Below are positions 55,188 to 64,000 of a DNA stretch of 64,000 nt, piece after piece. Every line of letters begins with the position of its first letter. The stretch's first letter is position 1. Position numbers and translations under genes: made by a program. The DNA is taken from assembly GCA_963828465.1 (NCBI GenBank), contig CAWHEU010000022.1, positions 256,001 to 320,000 on the forward strand, given 5' to 3'. The notes under the pieces were generated by a model. The model was given only the letters and a program-made list of their open reading frames with translations, was not told the DNA's origin and ran no database searches. This DNA is from an uncultured Acidobacteriota bacterium (GTDB lineage: Bacteria > Actinomycetota > Acidimicrobiia > Spongiisociales > ZC4RG35).

Positions 55188-56546
55188 ATGAGCGACACTC
55201 GCAGACATCTGGTCATCATCGGTGGCGGCCCGGCGGGCACCCAGGCTGCTACCACAGCGGCTTCGAAAGGTGGGCGGGTCACGCTCATCGAAAAAGAGAT
55301 CGTCGGTGGCGCGGCCCATCTCTGGGACTGCATTCCGTCGAAGACGATGGCGGCCGCCGCCCTTCGCCACTCATCGGTCCGCAATGCCGCCAAGCTCGGC
55401 CTTGCCACCGAGCCGACCCGGGTCGACACAAGCGTGCTGTCAGGGCGGATCAAGGCGATAACCGGAGACATCAATCGCAACTGGTTGGAACTGCTCGAGT
55501 CACAGTCGGTGGAGGTGATCTACGGGCAGGGCCGTTTCGTGTCCGATCGGGAGGTCGTCGTCGAGACCGAGTCCGGTGAGCGACGGATCGGATTCGATCG
55601 GGCGATGGTCTCAACCGGCTCGGCGCCGCGTGTTCCCGAGTGGGCTCCGGTGGACGGTGAGAGAGTGCTCACGACGCGGGACTGTTACGACATGGTCGAT
55701 GTCCCCGAGCACATGGTCATCATCGGGTCCGGAGTGACGGGCGTGGAGTTCACCCACATCTTCGAGAGCCTCGGATCGAAGGTGAGCCTCGTGGTGTCGC
55801 GTCGCCAGATCCTTCCCCACCGCGACGCCGAAGTCGCCGCCGTCCTCGAGGAGGATTTCTTGGAGAGGGGTGTGCATCTCGCCATCGGCGCACGTGCCGA
55901 GAAGATCGACGTCGACGGATCCGGCGTCTCGGTTTTCTGTGACGACGGGCGGGTGTTGCACGGCTCCCACGCGCTGCTAGCGGTCGGATCCATCCCGCTC
56001 ACCGACGGTCTCGATCTCGACGCGGCGGGGGTCGCCGGTAGCGACGGTTACATCGAGGTGGACGAGTTTCAGCGAACGTCCGTCCCCCATATCTACGCGG
56101 CCGGCGATGTCACCGGTCAGATGCCCCTCTCGTCGGTGGCTTCGATGCAGGGGCGGAAGATCGCCCGTCATGCACTCGACCTCCCGGTGACGCCTCTCGA
56201 CTACTCCAAGGTGGCCGAAGCCATATTCACCGAGCCCGAGATCGCCTCGGTCGGGTTGGTCGATGTGGAGGCTGCCGCCCAGGGCCGAAAGGTCCGCACG
56301 ATGAAGGTGCCGTTCGCCGCGAACGCCCGATCCGTGCTCCAACATTTCACCAGGGGTTTCGTCAAGCTGACCTCCGACCCCGCCACAGGTGTGGTCCTGG
56401 GCGGGACCATTGTTGGCCACCGCGCATCCGAGCTAATAGGTGTCCTCACGCTCGCCGTTCAGGCGGATGTAACCGTCAAGGAACTGGTAGAAACCCTGAT
56501 GGTTCACCCCTCGATGACGGAAGCCATCTCCGACGCCGCCGAATAG
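55188..56546 (+). CDS. Flavoprotein disulfide reductase family, LpdA-like NAD(P)H:quinone reductase
   Basis: GGGPAG, GGAAHLWDCIPSK (single Cys), IGSGVTGVE, YAAGD, HPSMTE. Confidence 0.8.
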   Translation: MSDTRRHLVIIGGGPAGTQAATTAASKGGRVTLIEKEIVGGAAHLWDCIPSKTMAAAALRHSSVRNAAKLGLATEPTRVDTSVLSGRIKAITGDINRNWLELLESQSVEVIYGQGRFVSDREVVVETESGERRIGFDRAMVSTGSAPRVPEWAPVDGERVLTTRDCYDMVDVPEHMVIIGSGVTGVEFTHIFESLGSKVSLVVSRRQILPHRDAEVAAVLEEDFLERGVHLAIGARAEKIDVDGSGVSVFCDDGRVLHGSHALLAVGSIPLTDGLDLDAAGVAGSDGYIEVDEFQRTSVPHIYAAGDVTGQMPLSSVASMQGRKIARHALDLPVTPLDYSKVAEAIFTEPEIASVGLVDVEAAAQGRKVRTMKVPFAANARSVLQHFTRGFVKLTSDPATGVVLGGTIVGHRASELIGVLTLAVQADVTVKELVETLMVHPSMTEAISDAAE

Positions 56547-56547
56547 G

Positions 56548-56572
56548 GACCCGTCACGCAGGTGCGCGGGTC
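56548..56572. terminator. Possible hairpin between convergent genes
   Basis: GACCCG...CGGGTC inverted repeat; no U-tract. Confidence 0.3.
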
Positions 56573-56575
56573 GGC

Positions 56576-58306
56576 CTACTTCACGATGGCGATGACCTGA
56601 CCGGGGGTCACGGTGTCTCCGGGCTGGACCCTGAGGTCGACGACTTCGCCGGTAGCCGGGGAGCGAACCTCGTTCTCCATCTTCATGGCCTCGAGGACGC
56701 ATATCGGGTCGCCTTCGGTCACGGATGCCCCGGCGGCGACGTGAACCTTGACGATGGTGCCCTGCATAGGGGCCGTCACCATGCCGTCTGAAGCTGTGCC
56801 AGGCCCGGTCAACTGGAGCTTGGGGGGCCTCCTTCGGATGCTCCCCGTCAGGGGCTCCGGTGCCCAGTAGCTGACTGCGAAGCGGCGACCGCCGACCTCG
56901 ACGGTGATGTCCCGCCGAGCCAGGCTCTCCTCCTCGGGGAGCGATGGGGTGGCGTCGGGGTCGCCGCCCCCGAGGTCGACGTTCTCCTCCATCCACTTGG
57001 TGTGGTGTGTTCCGTTGATGAAGTCGGGGTGATTCAGCACCGCCAGGTGTGCGGGGATCGTCGATCCCACTCCTGTCACCCGGAACTCCTCGAGCGCTCG
57101 CCTCCCCTTCTGGATGGCCCGGGGCCTGTCGGGTGCCCAGACGACGAGCTTGGCCATGAGATTGTCGTAGTACTGGGAGACGTTGGTCCCTGGCCTGATC
57201 CAGGAATCGACCCGGACGCCCGGCCCTGCCGGCTCCTGCCACTCGACCACCTGTCCCGGGGTGGGGAGGAATTGGTTGAACGGGTCCTCGGCATTGATGC
57301 GGAATTCGATGGCGTGACCCCTCGGTTCGACGGTGTCGATCGTCAGTTCCTCGCCTGAGGCAATCCTGAGCTGCCACTCGACCATGTCGTGCCCGGTGAC
57401 CATCTCAGTGATGGTGTGCTCGACCTGCAGACGGGTGTTCATTTCGAGGAAGAAGAACTCGCCGGTGCGATCGACCAGGAACTCGACGGTCCCTGCATTC
57501 ACGTACCCGCAGGACTTGCCCGCAGCCAACGCAGCACGGCCCAGGGCCCGGCGTTGCTTGACGGTGAGACCCGGCGAGGGCGTCTCTTCGATCAGCTTCT
57601 GATGACGCCGCTGAACGGAGCAATCGCGCTCGCCGAGGAATACGCCTTTGCCCTGGGCGTCGAACAGCACCTGCGCCTCGACGTGCCGTGGTTCCTCCAG
57701 GTACTTCTCGACGTAGACCTCGGGGTTGCCGAAATAGGCATCGGCCTCGCGTCTGGCCCCTTCGAACCCTTCGTCGAGCTCATCGGGCCCACGAACCACC
57801 CGCAACCCCTTGCCGCCACCGCCGTGGGCGGCCTTGATGGCGACCGGGTAGCCGAACTGCTCGGCGAGGGAGGCCACCTTCTCGACCGAGGTGACCGGCT
57901 CGGTGACCCCGGGAACGGTGGGCACCCCGAACTTCTCAGCATTGCGTCTCGAGGTGATCTTGTCTCCCATGGCCTCGATGGCGCTGGCTGGCGGGCCCAC
58001 CCACACGATCCCCGCCTCACTGACCGCAGCAGCGAACCTGGCGTTCTCGGAGAGAAACCCGTATCCGGGGTGAATCGCTTCGGCGCCCGAGTCATGGGCG
58101 ATCTGCAGGATCTTCTGTTGATTCAGATAGCTGTCGGCGGCGGGGGCAGGGCCGGCGTTCCAGGCCTCGTCGGCCAGGTCGACATGGAGCGCATCGCGAT
58201 CCAGTTCCGAATACACGGCAATGGTGCGAATCCCCATCTCCCTCGCGGTGCGGATCACCCTGACCGCGATCTCGCCGCGATTGGCGACGAGGAGACTTTT
58301 CATCAC
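56576..58306 (-). CDS. Acyl-CoA carboxylase alpha subunit (biotin carboxylase + BCCP)
   Basis: ANRGEIA, HPGYGFLSE, GGGGKG, ERDCSVQRRHQK, EMNTRLQVEH, EAMKME. Confidence 0.95.
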   Translation of the reverse strand: MMKSLLVANRGEIAVRVIRTAREMGIRTIAVYSELDRDALHVDLADEAWNAGPAPAADSYLNQQKILQIAHDSGAEAIHPGYGFLSENARFAAAVSEAGIVWVGPPASAIEAMGDKITSRRNAEKFGVPTVPGVTEPVTSVEKVASLAEQFGYPVAIKAAHGGGGKGLRVVRGPDELDEGFEGARREADAYFGNPEVYVEKYLEEPRHVEAQVLFDAQGKGVFLGERDCSVQRRHQKLIEETPSPGLTVKQRRALGRAALAAGKSCGYVNAGTVEFLVDRTGEFFFLEMNTRLQVEHTITEMVTGHDMVEWQLRIASGEELTIDTVEPRGHAIEFRINAEDPFNQFLPTPGQVVEWQEPAGPGVRVDSWIRPGTNVSQYYDNLMAKLVVWAPDRPRAIQKGRRALEEFRVTGVGSTIPAHLAVLNHPDFINGTHHTKWMEENVDLGGGDPDATPSLPEEESLARRDITVEVGGRRFAVSYWAPEPLTGSIRRRPPKLQLTGPGTASDGMVTAPMQGTIVKVHVAAGASVTEGDPICVLEAMKMENEVRSPATGEVVDLRVQPGDTVTPGQVIAIVK

Positions 58307-59853
58307 TGAGGACCGTTTCCGTGCTTCTTCGGGGGCAGGGTCTCTCGCTTGGTTCGAAGGACCTCGAGGGCGCGGACCAGCTTGTAACGGGTCTCACGAG
58401 GCTCGATCACCTCATCGACCAGCCCGAGCTCGGCTGCCACATAAGGGTTGTTGAAGCGCTCTTCGTAGTCGGCGATCAGCTCGGAGCGGACCCTGTCCGG
58501 CTCCTTGGTGGCGCTGATCTCCCGGCGATGGATGACGTTTACCGCCCCCTGGGCCCCCATCACCGCGATTTCGGCAGACGGCCAGGCAAAGACCAGATCG
58601 GCCCGTATCCCGCGGGCGTTCATGACGAGGTAGGCGCCTCCGTAGGCCTTTCGGGTGATGACGGTGACTCGTGGCACCGTGGCCTCGCAATAGGCGTACA
58701 GGAGCTTGGCGCCGTGACGAATTATCCCTTGATGCTCCTGCTCGACGCCAGGGAGGAAGCCGGGCACATCGACAAATGTGATGATCGGGATGTTGAAGGC
58801 GTCGCAGAACCGGACGAAGCGGGCCGACTTCTCCGATGCCTCGATATCGAGGGTGCCCGCCAGGACCGCAGGCTGGTTCGCCACGACCCCGACGGTATGC
58901 CCGTCGAGTCGTCCAAAACCCACGACGATGTTCCTTGCCCACATCTCGTGCACCTCGAGGAATTCGCCGCCATCGAGAATGGTCTCGACCAGCTCCACCA
59001 TGTCGTATGGCTGGTTGGCCGAGTCGGGGATCATCGAGTCCAGCGAGTCGTCGATGCGATCGGGGCGATCGGTGGGAGCGAAGTAAGGAGGCAACTCCAT
59101 GTTGTTGCGGGGCAGGTATGACATGAGATACCGCACGGCCTCGAGTGCGTCGATTCCGGTCGGGTAGACGAAGTGGGTGACACCCGACTTCGAGGCATGG
59201 GTGGCCGCGCCACCCAACTCCTCCATGGTCACCTCCTCACCGGTCACCGCCTTGATGACATCAGGGCCCGTGATGAACATGTGGCTGGTCTGGTCCACCT
59301 GGAACACGAAGTCGGTGAGGGCGGGGGAGTAGACGGCTCCGCCGGCGCACGGACCCATGATGACCGAGACCTGGGGGACCACCCCCGATGCTCTCACGTT
59401 GCGCTCGAAGATCCGCCCGTACCCGTCGAGGGAGGAGATGCCCTCCTGGATGCGCGCACCACCCGAGTCCTTGAGGCCGATGACCGGCGTCCCCGTGTCG
59501 AGAGCCATGTCGAGGACCTTGCAGATCTTGTCTGCCACGACCTTGCTCAGACTGCCGCCGAACACGGTGAAGTCCTCGGCGAATACGAAGACGGGTCTGC
59601 CGTCGATCGTGCCGTGGCCGGTGACGACTGCGTCACCGAGCGGACGTTTGTCCTCTATCCCGAAACCCGAGGACTGGTGTCTGACGAACTGGTCGATCTC
59701 CTGGAACGAGCCCTTGTCGAGGAGAGCATCGAGCCGTTCCCGGGCCGTCAGTTTCCCCTGCTCGTGCTGGCGGGCGATCGCTCGCTGACTTCCGGCATGC
59801 AGGGCCTCTTCGCGAAGCTCCCTGAGCCGCTCGATTCGCGCCTCGGTCCCCAA
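58303..59853 (-). CDS. pccB: Acyl-CoA (propionyl-CoA) carboxylase beta subunit
   Basis: GKLTARER, SGGARIQEG, GPCAGGAVYSPALTDF, DVPGFLPG, RKAYGGAY, KKHGN. Confidence 0.9.
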   Translation of the reverse strand: MGTEARIERLRELREEALHAGSQRAIARQHEQGKLTARERLDALLDKGSFQEIDQFVRHQSSGFGIEDKRPLGDAVVTGHGTIDGRPVFVFAEDFTVFGGSLSKVVADKICKVLDMALDTGTPVIGLKDSGGARIQEGISSLDGYGRIFERNVRASGVVPQVSVIMGPCAGGAVYSPALTDFVFQVDQTSHMFITGPDVIKAVTGEEVTMEELGGAATHASKSGVTHFVYPTGIDALEAVRYLMSYLPRNNMELPPYFAPTDRPDRIDDSLDSMIPDSANQPYDMVELVETILDGGEFLEVHEMWARNIVVGFGRLDGHTVGVVANQPAVLAGTLDIEASEKSARFVRFCDAFNIPIITFVDVPGFLPGVEQEHQGIIRHGAKLLYAYCEATVPRVTVITRKAYGGAYLVMNARGIRADLVFAWPSAEIAVMGAQGAVNVIHRREISATKEPDRVRSELIADYEERFNNPYVAAELGLVDEVIEPRETRYKLVRALEVLRTKRETLPPKKHGNGPQ

Positions 59854-59897
59854 GACTCCTCCGTAACCTCACAGATTCCGACTCGTCAGGAGACGAG

Positions 59898-60551
59898 ATG
59901 GCTACACCCTATTTGCAATTGTGGGCGGAAGAGGTCGCATCCACACAGGACCTGGCCCGCTCCGAACTGGACAGTCTTCCGGTGGTCGTCGCCGCCCAGC
60001 GGCAAACAGCGGGCCGGGGGAGGGGTGGAGCGCCCTGGTTGTCGGCGCCCCGGGCCCTCGCGGTCTCACTCGCTTTCCGCCCCCCAGACGACGATCTCCG
60101 CCCGTTCTCCCTGATGGCAGGTGTGGCGGCGGCTCGTGGGCTGGAAGGTGTCAGTCTGAAATGGCCGAACGACCTGCTGGCCGATGGGGCCAAGGTGGGT
60201 GGGATCCTCGTCGAGCGCGCCGACGAAGTGGTGATCGGGATGGGGGTCAACCTGTGGTGGCCCGATGCCCCTGAGGGCATGGGCGCACTTCACGAGGATG
60301 ACCCGGGTCCCGGGCTCCACGCCCAAATCGCAGGGCTCTGGGCGGCGGAGTTGATGATGCTCATCGAGTCGGACGGCTGGCCGATCGACGAGTACCGATC
60401 ACTGTGCTCCACGCTGGGCAAGGAGATCTCCTGGGAGCCGGAGGGTCAGGGAACTGCGATCGACGTCACAGGGGAGGGCGCTCTGGTGGTCGAGACCCCC
60501 GGTGGGCGACAAACCCTCACCTCGGGTGCGATCAGGCACCTTCGGCACTAG
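59898..60551 (+). CDS. birA: Biotin-protein ligase
   Basis: STQD, QTAGRGR, KWPND, KVGGIL, GMGVN. Confidence 0.9.
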   Translation: MATPYLQLWAEEVASTQDLARSELDSLPVVVAAQRQTAGRGRGGAPWLSAPRALAVSLAFRPPDDDLRPFSLMAGVAAARGLEGVSLKWPNDLLADGAKVGGILVERADEVVIGMGVNLWWPDAPEGMGALHEDDPGPGLHAQIAGLWAAELMMLIESDGWPIDEYRSLCSTLGKEISWEPEGQGTAIDVTGEGALVVETPGGRQTLTSGAIRHLRH

Positions 60552-61285
60552 CCGAGATCGACCTCGACCGCAGCCGGCAGCGTCGTCTTGAAGAACTCGA
60601 CGAGCCGGGGGTAGGCGTCGGCTGATGCGTCGGGGTCGTAGCCGTCTGCTTCGACGTCGAGGAATGAGTGGCCCGCATCTTCGTACAGAAGCCACTGGCC
60701 ATGGTCGTTCCGCCGTTGCGCCTCATCGACGGTCGATGGTGCGATCAATTCGTCGGTTGCTCCGTAGAGGCCGAGCACCGGCACAGGGAGGTTGTCCAGG
60801 TACGCGGCCACCTGGTATTCGCGCTCCTCGTCGCCGGTGAGGGGGGTGTATGCGACCGCCACGGACTTGACCCAGGACCGGGTAGAGGCGCCCACGATGG
60901 CGAAACGGCCTCCGACATCGATGCCGAGGATCCCGAGATCGCCGCTCACAGCCCACTGGACGTCGTCGGACACGACGAATTCGTGTATCTCGTCGAGATC
61001 CATCAATGCCCGACGATCGGCCAGGGCCTCGTACGCCTGGTTCGGATCCCCCTTCTGCCTGTAGAAGTCGAGGCCAATGGCGACCACCCCCCAGCGAGCA
61101 AACATGCGACAGAGATCCTTCTCGAGCCCGGAGAGGCCCTCGAGCGTGGGAAGCACCAGGACGACGGGGAACTGCCCGGCGACGTCGGGCCGAGCCAGGT
61201 ACTGCGTGCGGAGATTCGACCCGATGGGAAGGGGCCAGCCCCCATACATGATCGGATGGGTTCCTTCGTGCGCGAGTACGGCCAC
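60548..61285 (-). CDS. Dienelactone hydrolase-family alpha/beta hydrolase with atypical nucleophile
   Basis: YLARP, GIDVGG elbow, PVLGLYGATD, YEDAGHSF, ADAYPRLVEFF. Confidence 0.8.
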   Translation of the reverse strand: MAVLAHEGTHPIMYGGWPLPIGSNLRTQYLARPDVAGQFPVVLVLPTLEGLSGLEKDLCRMFARWGVVAIGLDFYRQKGDPNQAYEALADRRALMDLDEIHEFVVSDDVQWAVSGDLGILGIDVGGRFAIVGASTRSWVKSVAVAYTPLTGDEEREYQVAAYLDNLPVPVLGLYGATDELIAPSTVDEAQRRNDHGQWLLYEDAGHSFLDVEADGYDPDASADAYPRLVEFFKTTLPAAVEVDLG

Positions 61286-61370
61286 GGCGAGCAGATTAGG
61301 CCAGCGAGGCCCCGGCGATTGCCAAAGTTTCGAGGAACCCCTGCCTAGCCTGACGACGTCTCATCCGAAG

Positions 61371-62642
61371 ATGGCCTCGTCCTCCCCACGACACCTTGCG
61401 CCCCGTCGCGGGCTGCCCAAATGGCTGAAGATCACGATCCTCGGTCTCTTGGTGGCTGCCACCCTGGGCGCGCTGGCCGTGTTCTGGGCCCTGGATACCG
61501 GCCAGGACGTCCTCGCCCTCGCCAACAGCGATGAAAAGGTCGTCAGCGAGCTGAGTGAGGCGACCGGGGACGCCTTGACATTCCTCGTCGTTGGAAGCGA
61601 CTCCCGCGAGGGCCTCGATGACCTGGCTTTCTTCGGCCGGGCGGGTGGAGAGCGGGGCGATGTGATCATGCTCGTACAGCTCGACCAGGCAAGAGGTGAG
61701 GCCCGGATGCTCTCCATCCCTCGAGATCTCTGGGTGGACATCCCGGGAAATGGCGAGGGCAAGATCAATGCGGCCTATTCCTACGGCGGCCCTTCTCTGA
61801 TGGTCCAGACCATCAGAGAGAATCTCGGGATCGACGTCAATCACTATGTCGAGGTGGACTTCCTCGGGTTCATCGCCATGGTGGATGAGTTGGGTGGCGT
61901 CGAGATGTCGTTCCCCTACCCAGCGAGGGACGCCAAATCCGGGCTCAGTGTCGAGGCTGGAACTCAGACACTCGACGGCGAGCAGGCCCTCGCCTACGCC
62001 CGCTCGCGGAAGTATGAGGAGTACCAAGACGATCGGTGGGTGAGCGTCGATGCCAGTGACCTGGGCCGGACCCAGCGCCAACAGGAGGTGGTCCGCGCCA
62101 TCCTCACCGAGATGAAGAGCCCGGGCTCGATAGCCGAGGCGGGGGACATCGCAGGTTCTATGGCGAAGCATATGACCATCGACGCCACGCTCGCCGACTC
62201 CTCGGTGGCCTCACTGGCATGGGACTTCCGCAGTCTCGTAACCGGGAGCATCGACGGTCAGACACTCCCCGTCTACGGCGACACGGTCAACGGCGCTTCT
62301 GTGGTGCGGGCGTCAGAGCCGGAGGCAGCTGCGACCATCGACGGTTTTCTCTCCGGCGTTATGACTGTGGAATCGGCTCCGTTGCGGATTCAGGTCCTGA
62401 ACGGCAATGGCGTTGCGGGGGCGGCCTCGGCCATGTCAGAGAGGCTGGCCGAGTCTGGTTTCGAGGTCGCCGGTGTTGGAAACGCCGACGACAAGGACTA
62501 CGCCACCACAACGATCTTGGTCCCGGATGGGAGCATGGCAGGGGATCAAATCGTCGGGCAGATCGGTTTCGGTGTAGTTCAGATCGGTACCGTCGATAAC
62601 GGTTATGACGCCGTTGTGATCGTGGGTGCCGACGCCTCCTGA
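61371..62642 (+). CDS. LCP (LytR-CpsA-Psr) glycopolymer-peptidoglycan ligase with LytR_C domain
   Basis: LVVGSDSRE, RGDVIML, SIPRD, KINAAY, ALAYARSR, DLGRTQRQQ, VLNGNGVAG. Confidence 0.92.
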   Translation: MASSSPRHLAPRRGLPKWLKITILGLLVAATLGALAVFWALDTGQDVLALANSDEKVVSELSEATGDALTFLVVGSDSREGLDDLAFFGRAGGERGDVIMLVQLDQARGEARMLSIPRDLWVDIPGNGEGKINAAYSYGGPSLMVQTIRENLGIDVNHYVEVDFLGFIAMVDELGGVEMSFPYPARDAKSGLSVEAGTQTLDGEQALAYARSRKYEEYQDDRWVSVDASDLGRTQRQQEVVRAILTEMKSPGSIAEAGDIAGSMAKHMTIDATLADSSVASLAWDFRSLVTGSIDGQTLPVYGDTVNGASVVRASEPEAAATIDGFLSGVMTVESAPLRIQVLNGNGVAGAASAMSERLAESGFEVAGVGNADDKDYATTTILVPDGSMAGDQIVGQIGFGVVQIGTVDNGYDAVVIVGADAS

Positions 62643-62664
62643 TCGCAACGCCTAGCGATCTACC

Positions 62665-63951
62665 ATGGCGGATTCAATGGACATAGCAATCATCGGGGCC
62701 GGTTACGTCGGTCTCGTCACCGGGGGTGGGCTCGCCAGTCTCGGCCATCGAGTGCGTCTCGGCGAAGCGAACGCAGAACGAGTCGAGCTCCTTCGCAATG
62801 GTGGAATACCCATATACGAGCAAGGCTTGCCAGACCTCTTGTCACATGCGACCGGGCGCGGCCTTCTCAGCTTCCACACCTCGAACAAAGAGGCAGTTCA
62901 CGGGGCCGGCTTCGTCTTTCTCGCACTGCCCACTCCGGAAGGGGAGGACGGCCGGGCCGACCTCAAATACGTCCATGCGGTGGTGGACGAGCTTGCCAAC
63001 GAGGTCGGGGAGGACACCACCTTTGTCGTCAAGTCCACTGTGCCTCCGGGCACCGTTGCGTCGTTGCGTAAGCGGTTGGCGGACCTCGGCAGCTCGGCAC
63101 GCATCGTCTCCCACCCCGAGTTCCTCCGTGAGGGGAAGGCGGTCGACGACTTCCTCGAGCCGGACCGAATCGTGGTCGGCGCCTGGGAAGAGGCCGATGC
63201 AAAGGCGGTGGCTGATCTCTACCGCAGCCTCGACGCGCCAGTAGTCATCACCGACCCCACATCAGCGGAGATGATCAAGTACGCCTCGAACGCCTACCTG
63301 GCGGCCAGGCTCACCTTTGTCAACACCCTGTCCAACGTCTGCGAGGCGGTCGGCGCCGACATCCTCGATGTCGTCCGTGGCCTGGGGATGGACCATCGGG
63401 TCGGGCCTCATTTCCTCCAGCCGGGACCCGGTTACGGAGGCTCCTGTTTCCCCAAGGACACGCAGGCTTTGATCGCCGTCGCTCAGGACGCCGGCTATGA
63501 CTTCGAGCTGCTCCGGGCGGTCATCGAAGCAGATGAGGAGCAGCGTCGGCGGGTGGCGGACAAAGTTCGACAGGCAGCCGGGGGTGGTCTGCGAGGGCGG
63601 CGCATCGGCATGTGGGGCGTTGCATTCAAGGCCGGCACCGACGACGTCCGGGAGTCACCGGCCGTCCGGATCGCCTCCCTGCTCCAGGCCGATGGCGCCG
63701 AGGTGGTGGCATACGACCCCGAGGCGACGACCGATCTGCTCACCATGGCACCCGATCCGATCACCGCGGTCACGGATGCTGATGTGCTCCTCATCGCCAC
63801 CGAGTGGCCCGAGTTCTTGACGGTGGACATGTCCCAGGTGTCCAACGTGATGCGGGGTCACCGCGTGGTGGACGCCCGCAACATCCTCGATCCGAAGAAA
63901 GTCCGGGCCGTCGGTCTCGACTATTGGGGTCTGGGCCGTCCCGGCGCCTAA
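62665..63951 (+). CDS. ugd: UDP-glucose 6-dehydrogenase
   Basis: GAGYVG, KSTVPPGT, PEFLREG, KYASNA, GYGGSCFPKD, AFKAGTDDVRESP. Confidence 0.92.
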   Translation: MADSMDIAIIGAGYVGLVTGGGLASLGHRVRLGEANAERVELLRNGGIPIYEQGLPDLLSHATGRGLLSFHTSNKEAVHGAGFVFLALPTPEGEDGRADLKYVHAVVDELANEVGEDTTFVVKSTVPPGTVASLRKRLADLGSSARIVSHPEFLREGKAVDDFLEPDRIVVGAWEEADAKAVADLYRSLDAPVVITDPTSAEMIKYASNAYLAARLTFVNTLSNVCEAVGADILDVVRGLGMDHRVGPHFLQPGPGYGGSCFPKDTQALIAVAQDAGYDFELLRAVIEADEEQRRRVADKVRQAAGGGLRGRRIGMWGVAFKAGTDDVRESPAVRIASLLQADGAEVVAYDPEATTDLLTMAPDPITAVTDADVLLIATEWPEFLTVDMSQVSNVMRGHRVVDARNILDPKKVRAVGLDYWGLGRPGA

Positions 63952-64000
63952 GAGGGGTAGGTGGCAGGCCTACCTGAACATGTCCTCATCGGGCGGCCTG

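Noticed and set aside
63956-63974. GGTAGG/CCTACC hairpin after ugd
   Set aside because: 6-bp stem without a U-tract; may overlap the stop of a convergent gene cut by the window edge

Overview
High-GC bacterial DNA, most consistent with an Actinomycetota (probably Acidimicrobiia-like) chromosome; the taxonomy is inferred from gene content. The first ~50 kb is one large cell-surface glycan locus. It holds dTDP-rhamnose (rmlABCD) and WecE-like genes, more than 15 glycosyltransferases (GT2, GT4, GT-B, GT-C/GT39, GT-D), four sulfotransferases, five SAM methyltransferases, an asparagine-synthetase-like amidotransferase, a probable GT2-pyruvyltransferase fusion, flippases and a WcaJ-like initiating transferase. 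Five secreted proteins are interleaved with these genes (a small SLH protein, M23 peptidase, S8 protease, PQQ sugar dehydrogenase-like and SpoIID/LytB). Together they carry 13 copies of an unusual Cys-paired SLH-like repeat (GITxGCNPPxNxxFCPxxxVTRGQMA). The last ~14 kb is mostly core genes: PBP1A, methylmalonyl-CoA mutase, an LpdA-like flavoprotein, acyl-CoA carboxylase alpha/beta, birA, a dienelactone-hydrolase-like protein with Cys->Asp at the nucleophile, an LCP ligase and ugd. The most interesting candidate system is an actinobacterial SLH / pyruvylated (possibly sulfated and methylated) wall-polymer anchoring system. Three of its SLH cargo genes have sigma-28/WhiG-like promoter motifs. 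About 20 genes between 2 and 41 kb are frameshifted, probably long-read indel errors. No rRNA, tRNA, CRISPR or mobile element was seen. All calls come from reading motifs by eye; no database search was run.
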